Positions 20,843 through 28,100 of a DNA stretch of 32,000 nt are shown piece by piece. Made by a program: the position numbers and the translations under genes. The stretch is from contig ACYB01000036.1 of NCBI GenBank assembly GCA_000175855.1, forward strand, positions 30,001 through 62,000. The letters are read 5' to 3'. The notes beneath the pieces were generated by a model. It saw nothing but the letters and a program-made list of their open reading frames with translations, was not told the DNA's origin and ran no database searches. Source of the DNA: Raphidiopsis brookii D9 (lineage in GTDB: Bacteria > Cyanobacteriota > Cyanobacteriia > Cyanobacteriales > Nostocaceae). Position 1 is the stretch's first letter, and each line of letters opens with the position of its first letter.

Positions 20843-22111
20843 TTAAGAAAGGGTGTTAGCAATGGTCTTTAACTCGAGTATAATCTGACCTGCTCTTGTT
20901 TCTAAACTTTCTGCTTTTTGAGGACTCTTGTTCATACCCACATGGGCAATATCATTGCGAATTTCGATTAACTTACCCCATTGTAGGGAAAACAAATTAA
21001 AATCAGGTAGTTTTTCAAATTCATCATCCCAAGGGGAAACAGATGTTATTTCTTTGCCACGAAGTTTAATTTGTCCATTATTGAGCGCATTCCCCACCTG
21101 TTCTCGCTGGTCTTTACTTAGTAGATCTTGTTCACCCAATCGATATGCTAAAACGGAAACTAGCCATTCTCTTGCTAAAGTCATAGCTTGCACAACTTGA
21201 TGTCTTTGTATATACCAATCTATTAGTTGAAATTGTAATCTCAGCCCTTGAGCTAAATTTTCGCTATTAGTGGGATTTTCTAGGGCAAATTGTCCATATT
21301 CCTGGGTTAATTTTTGAGAAATCAGTCCAAAAGGTTTAGCTCTTTTATCAAAACTACGCTCTGCTTTTTTGATAATTTTCTCTAATTTTGTAGTTTCTTT
21401 TAAAATTTCTACAGGACGGACAAGACCTATAGCCAGAGAAATTTGATTAATAATGTCAGCAGTATCTTTAAATTCTCTAGCTAGAGGTCGTATAGTCGGA
21501 TCATCTCTTTTTTCATCATTAGAAATTGCATTTTTTAACAGCTCTGCTAAGGGAGAACCATCACCTACTTTGACAAATCTATCTGCGGCCGCAAGCCAGT
21601 CTAATAAGCTGAGCATGGGCAATAAATCATAGGTGGGGGTATCTGCACCTTGGGCATTAGGGTCAAAAGCTCCATATAACACACCTTCAATTTGTACCTG
21701 TTTTACCGTACGTAGGTAGCTAATAGCTAACAAGGCAATAACTGGAATGGAACGGAAACTATGGGTCAGGTCAAAAATAACCCTATCGCCCTCGTTTAAA
21801 CAACTAGTAATTTTATCAAAAATTAACCAACTGTCATCCAAAGAATTACTCTCGGGAATATCAAAAACAGGCTCTAATTTAACAGATTTATTAGCTAGTT
21901 GTTCTTGTAATCCTTGCCAATTAGATACAGTTCCATTTCTGGGAATTTTAGTAGCTACCGTGGGTGTTAATAATACATATAATGTATCAGGTTGATAAAA
22001 TTCAACCAGGGCTTCCTGAAAAAATTTAGTCCTTACTGCTTGACTAGTTGTGGGATGGATATAATTGGTCTCGGTGTAATTATTAAAACCAAGAAAGGAA
22101 ATAATTTTCAT
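20843..22111 (-). CDS. Csx1/Csm6-like CARF-HEPN protein (TM1812 / DxTHG-motif family)
   Basis: The N-terminus MKIISFLGFNNYTETNY is the TM1812-type start. VIFDLTHSFRSIPV is a DxTHG-type motif with Ser replacing Gly. The C-terminal LIEIRNDIAHVG contains the Rx4H HEPN ribonuclease motif. Confidence 0.75.
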   Translation of the reverse strand: MKIISFLGFNNYTETNYIHPTTSQAVRTKFFQEALVEFYQPDTLYVLLTPTVATKIPRNGTVSNWQGLQEQLANKSVKLEPVFDIPESNSLDDSWLIFDKITSCLNEGDRVIFDLTHSFRSIPVIALLAISYLRTVKQVQIEGVLYGAFDPNAQGADTPTYDLLPMLSLLDWLAAADRFVKVGDGSPLAELLKNAISNDEKRDDPTIRPLAREFKDTADIINQISLAIGLVRPVEILKETTKLEKIIKKAERSFDKRAKPFGLISQKLTQEYGQFALENPTNSENLAQGLRLQFQLIDWYIQRHQVVQAMTLAREWLVSVLAYRLGEQDLLSKDQREQVGNALNNGQIKLRGKEITSVSPWDDEFEKLPDFNLFSLQWGKLIEIRNDIAHVGMNKSPQKAESLETRAGQIILELKTIANTLS

Positions 22112-22218
22112 CTGTTTACAAGGTTACTTACTGGTATTATGAAATGTTCTTTTATTTACATGTTTTAATTATACTAACCCGCGAATAAAAATTGTGTCAT
22201 CTACCTGGCGGAATAGAA

Positions 22219-22240
22219 ATATCTATCTTTAGATAGATAT
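22219..22240. repeat. Perfect palindrome ATATCTATCT-TT-AGATAGATAT immediately 3' of the truncated vapC
   Basis: The 10-bp arms at 22219-22228 and 22231-22240 are exact reverse complements. The element lies 5 nt downstream of the vapC stop (22246-22248). Confidence 0.6.
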
Positions 22241-22245
22241 CTAAT

Positions 22246-22515
22246 CTAAACTATAAGGGAATCACCTACGGACATTTTTTGCTGTTGGCGCAAAGCAACC
22301 GCAATTTCAAGCGTAACTTTATTGATCATCAAAACATCCAAGTTATCTAAAATCGCCATGATGGCCTGTTTTTCAGCATCACCTAAACGATGGTAGCCCA
22401 ATGTTTCCAAACGACTAATCGCAGAATAATGCGTGGCATAATTCACCAACCAGCTACGCAACTGCGTATATGGCGGCTGAGTGGCGTAAATAATCAAATT
22501 ACTATCAATCAGCAT
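22246..22515 (-). CDS. vapC: PIN-domain VapC-like toxin, apparently C-terminally truncated (89 aa)
   Basis: MLIDSNLIIY supplies the first PIN Asp, SRLETLGY the Glu, and SVGDSLIV the third acidic residue. The ORF then stops, and the usual final 35-40 aa (the xTxNxxDF region) are missing. The ATG at 22515 overlaps the upstream antitoxin stop by 11 nt. The ORF track extends the start to 22587. Confidence 0.6.
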   Translation of the reverse strand: MLIDSNLIIYATQPPYTQLRSWLVNYATHYSAISRLETLGYHRLGDAEKQAIMAILDNLDVLMINKVTLEIAVALRQQQKMSVGDSLIV

Positions 22516-22774
22516 CCTCTCTCCCGAATAAATTGCGATCTTGCCTTTGTTCACGCTGCCAAACAACTGGATCAGCAATTTCTGCAAAAGGATTTAACGC
22601 CACCGCCTGCGCCAATGCTTGCGCCAAAACTTCCCGCCTTGCTTGGTTTGAAGTGATAGGCCTTTTTTTTCGTGCTTTTTGTTCTAGGTAAACAGCATAA
22701 TTCAGTAACTCCGCTTGCGATGATATCGGTAGAGCGGCAGCATGGTGTTGAATTTGTTGCAAAATAGGGTTCAT
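22505..22774 (-). CDS. Type II antitoxin (DUF2281/VapB-like), 89 aa
   Basis: MNPILQQIQHHAAALPISSQAELLNYAVYLEQKA resembles DUF2281-type antitoxin N-termini. It is translationally coupled to the PIN gene through an ATGCTGATTGA overlap. The ORF track extends it to 22921, but that region overlaps the FkbM gene end and reads as non-coding. Confidence 0.55.
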   Translation of the reverse strand: MNPILQQIQHHAAALPISSQAELLNYAVYLEQKARKKRPITSNQARREVLAQALAQAVALNPFAEIADPVVWQREQRQDRNLFGREDAD

Positions 22775-22880
22775 AGCTCCTGTCGTTTGTCTAGTACCGG
22801 CGATATCTATATTACTGCTCAACAGGAAGCAGGTAAATAACACTCCTCTATGTTGTTGCTTTAGCACGGGGAGTGTCAAC

Positions 22881-22914
22881 TGTAGTATCTTTACAGATGT
22901 AGTATCTTTACAGA
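22881..22914. promoter_or_regulatory. Perfect tandem duplication of a 17-mer (TGTAGTATCTTTACAGA x2) upstream of the antitoxin gene; candidate TA operator
   Basis: The two copies at 22881-22897 and 22898-22914 are identical. On the minus strand each unit carries CTGTA-N7-TACAG inverted arms, and a TTGACA hexamer follows directly downstream (22875-22880, minus strand). The operator role is inferred from how autoregulated TA promoters usually look. Confidence 0.4.
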
Positions 22915-23708
22915 CTGGCATGAGTGTCGTACCATGGCTCCTTAAGATTGAGTGTTTCTATGAGCATCCTACCCAGAGGATATCTATAAATAATCCCCTG
23001 TACGCCCAATATTTTATAGAACCAGAAAATGCGTTTGTAGATATTAATTGCTGCTCTTTCTGAAAGCCAATGACCGGGTGTTTCTTCTCCAAATAATCCA
23101 CTAGCACCAAATTCAAATTGATGTTCAATGTAATTGCCTTCTCTTGCGGGATATGGGCAAATTTGTTGTGCAGTTTTCTCTTGGTTAATAACTTTAAATT
23201 TCTGATAACCGAGTTCTTTTAAGAGCTTAAATTCTTCCAACAGGCTACTCCACGAAGTTTTGACTGATTCTATGGAAATAAACTGTGGCTTAGTATCAAA
23301 GTGTTTGAGCGCCTGAACGCATAATATATCTGAACCTTCAATATCAACTTTTAGATAATAGGGAATGCCAAAGTCTTGTAAAATATTTTCAAATCTAGCC
23401 CCTTGTACAGTAATAGCCTCCGATTTGGTACCCAGAATTTCATTGCGAACAACAAAATCTGAAGAAGTTGTCCCCCAAATACTTTTGTCTAGGTTGGTAT
23501 AGAAGGTAATTTCGCCATCTTGGGGGGCGATTGCTACATTGAGGAGTTGAAGTTGACCATTATCTATATATGATTGTAGTTTATTTTTTGTTGCTTCATA
23601 AATTTGGGGGTTGGCTTCTATACCCACCACTCGAAAACCTTTTTTTAAATAGTATTCGGTATCTTCACCCTGATGAACACCAACATCTATTATTAAATTT
23701 TTATCCAT
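22908..23708 (-). CDS. FkbM family SAM-dependent methyltransferase
   Basis: IIDVGVHQGEDTEYYLKKGFRVVGIEANPQIY is the FkbM-type motif I region, and the size (266 aa) is typical. Confidence 0.8.
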   Translation of the reverse strand: MDKNLIIDVGVHQGEDTEYYLKKGFRVVGIEANPQIYEATKNKLQSYIDNGQLQLLNVAIAPQDGEITFYTNLDKSIWGTTSSDFVVRNEILGTKSEAITVQGARFENILQDFGIPYYLKVDIEGSDILCVQALKHFDTKPQFISIESVKTSWSSLLEEFKLLKELGYQKFKVINQEKTAQQICPYPAREGNYIEHQFEFGASGLFGEETPGHWLSERAAINIYKRIFWFYKILGVQGIIYRYPLGRMLIETLNLKEPWYDTHASL

Positions 23709-23884
23709 AGATAATAAGTTTTCCTAATCGTTCTCCCAAGCATACTCCTCCATATTAACCCATTACCTCGTTGCTGTCTACCTAATCCAGCGCAATCGCA
23801 CTGCACTCCCTGTGATCGCTCTTCCCGTACCACCGCATCCCCAAAATTAATATAATGGGGGAGTCCTACCTGAATTTAAAGATA

Positions 23885-24736
23885 ATGGTCACCACTTTAA
23901 AACCAGTTTCCACCCTACCAACACAGGACGAATTACCTTGCGATGATGGAGTGCCAATGGAGACTCAACGTCACAAAATGCAAATAGAAATCCTGATAGA
24001 AACCCTAGGTCCATGGTTAAAGAATCGCGAAGATGGCTACATTGGTGGCAATATGTTTGTATACTTTAGTGCCAATGAAATCAAAACAGAAGATTTTAAA
24101 GGACCAGACTTTTTTGCGGTATTGGGAGTACCAAAGGGAGAGCGGAAAAGTTGGGTGGTATGGCAAGAAGGAAAAAGTCCAGATGTGATTATAGAGCTGT
24201 TATCAGAGAGTACAGCCAAAACAGATAAGATAACCAAGAAAAAAATCTACCAGGAGCAAATAAGGGTACCAGAGTATTTTTGGTATGACCCCTTTGACCC
24301 AGAAGACTGGCAAGGGTTTGGGCTAAGGGATGGAGTTTACGAACCATTGGAGCGGATAGATGGGATGTATGAAAGCAAGCAGATGCAATTAAAGCTAGTG
24401 CGGTGGGAAGGGGATTATGAAGAGGTAAATGCGGTATGGCTAAGGTGGGCAACTTTAGAAGGAGAACTGCTACCAACCCGGTCAGAGATAATAGAACAGG
24501 AACGATTAGCTAAAGAACAAGCAGAAGCTTTAGTTATTCAGGAACGCCAACAAAGGGAGATAGCAGAAACCCTAGCTATTCAAGAACGCCAACAAAAGGA
24601 GGTAGCAGAAGCCCTGGCTATTCAAGAACGCCAACAAAAGGAGGTAGCAGAAGCCCTAGCTATTCAAGAACGTGAGAAGAAGGAAAAATTAGCTGCCCAC
24701 TTGCGCGCTCTTGGCATCAACCCAGATGAGATTTAA
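23885..24736 (+). CDS. Uma2 family (DUF820) PD-(D/E)xK endonuclease-like protein with a repeat-containing coiled-coil C-terminus
   Basis: LPCDDGVPMETQRHKMQIEIL...GGNMFVYF...PDFFAVLGV...PDVIIELLSESTAKTDKITKKKIYQEQIRVPEYFWYDP is the Uma2 core. The ORF is open from 23855, but ATG 23885 (MVTTLKP) is the likelier start. Confidence 0.8.
   Translation: MVTTLKPVSTLPTQDELPCDDGVPMETQRHKMQIEILIETLGPWLKNREDGYIGGNMFVYFSANEIKTEDFKGPDFFAVLGVPKGERKSWVVWQEGKSPDVIIELLSESTAKTDKITKKKIYQEQIRVPEYFWYDPFDPEDWQGFGLRDGVYEPLERIDGMYESKQMQLKLVRWEGDYEEVNAVWLRWATLEGELLPTRSEIIEQERLAKEQAEALVIQERQQREIAETLAIQERQQKEVAEALAIQERQQKEVAEALAIQEREKKEKLAAHLRALGINPDEI
24521..24672 (+). repeat. In-frame 42-bp tandem repeat, about 3.6 copies, encoding AEALAIQERQQKEV units inside the Uma2 gene
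   Basis: The units begin at 24521, 24563, 24605 and 24647. Units 2 and 3 differ at only 2 of 42 positions, and the fourth diverges after CAAGAACG. Confidence 0.9.
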
Positions 24737-24809
24737 AGGCGTTGCACTCACACGGGATGATGTATAATAAGGGGAAGAATTTTTAGCAGGCGATCGCACG
24801 AAGCTCTCG

Positions 24810-24971
24810 CTATAGATAATCGTTCTTTACCCCTAAAATTTTCCCTATAGGACTATCTCCTAGTCCTAATCTTTGACGTTCTTGATTAGCGATCGCCTCG
24901 GCAGTGACTTGAACAGGCATTCCACTGACATTGTATTCCGGTGGATATTTTCGAGGAAGGGGTGATTTCAT
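24810..24971 (-). other. Short ORF (53 aa), possibly a remnant of an ImmA/IrrE-type or similar accessory gene
   Basis: MKSPLPRKYPPEYNVSGMPVQVTAEAIANQERQRLGLGDSPIGKILGVKNDYL. The ERQRLGLGDSPIGKIL stretch resembles N-termini of ImmA/IrrE-like proteins. It is below the ORF-track size cut-off and support is weak. Confidence 0.2.
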
Positions 24972-25168
24972 TATTTATTCTAATTCGAGGTAATTTTGGC
25001 ATAATTCCTCCAATTGCTTAATAATCCCATCGGCTTTTTTCAAAACTCACACATACCTTAATTAATACAACGGTGTCAAAATAACCCAGTTAATAATGTC
25101 CCTGTTTAATGTAATAGGAACTGAGACTGAAAACTAACTTTGGCTTTAATAAAAACGGGTGAAGCTAT

Positions 25169-28100
25169 CTATAAGTGGGCAAGTTTTTTTATGTTCTCTC
25201 TCCATTCCTCGTTGTATTTCAATACCAGTACTTGGTACTTTGTCTCCCTCCTCACCTTTTCTCTCTTTCTTTTGTCTTCTCTTTTCTGCTCTTCTGTGTC
25301 ATGCACAGACCCATCACAAAAAATGGCAATTTTGTCTATGTATACAAAGTCTGCTTCACAATCAGTCCCTGGTATTAAAAATTGCGCAGCATCGGGCATT
25401 CTATATCCTCTTTCGTAAATCTCTTTTATCACTTCCCTCTCTAACTCAGATCTCCTATCCGTCTGTAAATACAGTGTTTCAAATTCTTTCTCTCTGTCCA
25501 TCTCCCTTTCTCTCTCTAAATAACTCTCCTTAATCTCTTCTAACAGTTCTTTTATTAAATGTCGGTTGATTAAGTTATGCTCATTCTGATTTCTATAAGA
25601 AAGCAGGCACTGGTAACAAGCATAAACACAATCCTCTTTCGGTTCGTAAAAATGACAAATGTCTAGTGCTTTCTCCGCTATTTTATTCAGGTGTTGTTTA
25701 TCTTGTAAAATCTGGGATAAAACTCCCGCTCCCCCCTCCGCAGCTTCCCAAAATAGTAGATATTTACCATTCCCCATTTTTTCTGAGTCTAGTTCATTCG
25801 GTTCTAAGTTATAATGCTCTTGTATTCCTCTCTCTAAAGCATATTGCAGGCTTGTCATTATTGTCTCTGTGTCTTCTCTATTCTCACTTTTCCCCTGGTC
25901 TATGGTGTCTATTTTTGATTCCTCTGCTTCTTTAATTAATTCAATAATTAATATGTTACAAGTAATATTCACCATCAGAAAAATGTCACTTTTGGTTGTA
26001 GTGCTATTTTTCCCTATTTCTTCTTTATTCTCTTCATTCTCATTACTTATCCATTTGCCTGTTTGCGTATCTAAACAAAATCCTTGGTCTTTCTTTTTTG
26101 CTGACCCTCTATTAATTCTCGATATGCTCGCTGTCGCTCCATAAGTCAGTTTTAACAGATTCTTCCCCTCTTTGGTTTTTATTATTACCGTCTTTTTGTT
26201 CCCTTCACTATAACAAAAATGAGTGGTTATGTTATATCCATATTTTAATCTCTCTTCTTCATCACAAGTAATTCTTTGCTTTTTCTGAGTATATACTGTA
26301 TCCATGGATAGAATTTGATTAACTTTAGCACGTTCATTTTTATCTGAGTATGCTTTAATATCTCTTTCGCAATTTTCACACCAGTCTTTAGTATCAATAT
26401 TATAAATATAACCACAGTTAAAGCATACTGTTGCTCTCTGATATTGATTTTCTATACCACCGAGGATTTTACTCCTGGAGATCATGAATTTATCCCCCTC
26501 ATGATAAATTATGTTCCGAGGAGCAAATTCTCTCAGAGCAACCGAACGCAGTCGAGAAATAAATTCACCCCCTGTTGGTTATTAATAAACGCCCGCACCG
26601 GTAAACGGGGAAAATTAAACCCTGGTAAAAATCCCTCAGCAGCAAAGTAACGATAGGGATAAAATTCATTTTGTTGATTATTTCTACTGTTCCCCCCTAT
26701 TAATAATTCCATCTGTCTTTTTGCCTCCTTTTCCTGTCTTTCATAGTCATCTGCTTCTGTTTTCCCTTGTAAATACTTATCCCTTTTTTTTGTCGCTTCT
26801 TCTAATTGTGCTTTTGCACTTTGGTAAAGTTTTCTCCACCTTTCACAGTGTTGATTAAACGCACTAGGTGCATTTTCTATAATCCCTTCTACCCAGTCTT
26901 TTATATACCAGTTGGTCTGTCTCAAGTCTTCTTGACAAAACTCGTCCGCTAAAATTTCCTCACAGGCTTTCACACAACTCTCAAATTTACTTACCTGCCT
27001 AAACTCATCACCACTCTTTCTGTCGTGATTATTAAACTCACTTACAGTCTTCCTAAGATTTATTCTTTCTATTATGTCATCCCGAAGTGGATAGTCCTTA
27101 TCTCCCAGTTCTAAAATATTGGTCATAGAATCCCCCAAATATATTCCCGTATGAGCTAACCATATAGAATAAATGTGGGATTTAATTAAATCTTCATTGC
27201 CTAGTTCTATTTTTGGCGGTGCTACTATACCAGATACCATTTGGGATTGTCTATGAAAAAAGTATTGGTCATGTCCACTACTATTGGAAGCATAAGTAAT
27301 TACTAAGGCTTCTTGTCCACTTCTCCCTGCTCTTCCACTTCTCTGTGCATAATTAGCTGGATTAGGTGGAACATTACGTAAATGTACCACACTTAAATCA
27401 GAAATATCTATTCCTAATTCCATTGTAGGTGAGCAAAACAAACTCCCTAAAATCCCCTGTCTAAATTTCTCTTCCCGCTCCTGACGCACTTGACTAGAAA
27501 CCTGTCCCGTATGTTCTCTACCCTCTATTGTTTGAATCTCTCTAGCATGATTCTGGTAGAAGTTTTGAAAGAAACTGTTAACCGTAATTTTATTTGGTTC
27601 TGTATCTTTTAATCCCTTAAATGATAGAATATCTACCGGAATTTCTGCCTTTTGGGCAGATTTCCAAATCAAACAGTCAACTCGCAATTGTATTTCTAAC
27701 GGCGTTAAATCCGAGTTAGAGTTAGCCTTACTTTTTTTCGTTAAAATTCCAACATTAATTAAAGCAAGAATTAAACACCTAATTAAATCATTGTACTCAG
27801 ATTCACATAAATCCGTACTACGACCAGACCAGTTATCACAGGAACGTAAAAACTTACCCAATTTACTGTAAGCAGTCAGTTTTACCCTAGTTTCATCATT
27901 GGTTTGCTTAGAAGTAGAATCACCAGTTTTGTTTAGCACTGCCCACCTAGCCATCTTCGGCTTTTCATCAGGCTCAAAAGCCCATGGATCCTTTATAGCT
28001 TGATTAACATTTCGTACCAGACTATCCTGTTTATCCCTCTGCAATAAAATTGCATCCATAGCCAATTCCCTTCTTAAAAGGTCCAGTAGCACAACACAGG

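Noticed and set aside
20928-21995. Plus-strand ORFs 20928..21200 and 21747..21995 inside the Csx1-like gene, and similar ones inside the helicase and methylase (28103..28351, 30684..30887, 31039..31221, 31571..31756), glpX (13135..13380), the S8 gene (17630..17830) and Uma2 (24037..24237, 24189..24476)
   Set aside because: These are shadow ORFs antisense to motif-bearing genes, of the kind expected in AT-rich sequence.
22112-22200. Minus-strand TATAAT (complement of 22168-22173) as a promoter for the CARF gene pair, and a plus-strand TATAAT at 23851-23856 for the Uma2 gene
   Set aside because: Neither has a convincing -35 hexamer at 16-19 bp spacing, and TATAAT-like strings are frequent in this AT-rich DNA. 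I did not list them as features.
22505-22921. 138-aa ORF from the track, which could be read as a longer antitoxin or a separate gene
   Set aside because: The first 49 codons overlap the FkbM gene end and the tandem-repeat/promoter-like region, and they read as non-coding (MPVCKDTTSVKILQL...). The internal ATG at 22774 gives a sensible 89-aa antitoxin.
24521-24672. Possible CRISPR array, because of the regularly repeated about 42-bp units
   Set aside because: The units are contiguous with no spacers, they are in frame inside the Uma2 ORF, and they encode a sensible heptad-like peptide repeat. I saw no other spaced direct-repeat array anywhere in the window.
25140-26144. Cluster of plus-strand ORFs (25140..25418, 25159..25533, 25175..25378, 25666..25935, 25869..26144) encoding Leu/Ser/Phe/Pro-rich peptides
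   Set aside because: They are antisense shadows of the Glu/Lys/Arg-rich (purine-rich) DUF1998-nuclease coding region on the minus strand. Their composition is low-complexity CT-rich, and the minus-strand frame carries recognisable motifs.
26444-26650. Plus-strand 68-aa ORF spanning the junction between the two helicase ORF pieces
   Set aside because: It lies antisense to continuous DUF1998 coding sequence (FLPGFNFPRLP...EFAPRNIIYHEG) and covers the frameshift site, so it is a shadow ORF.
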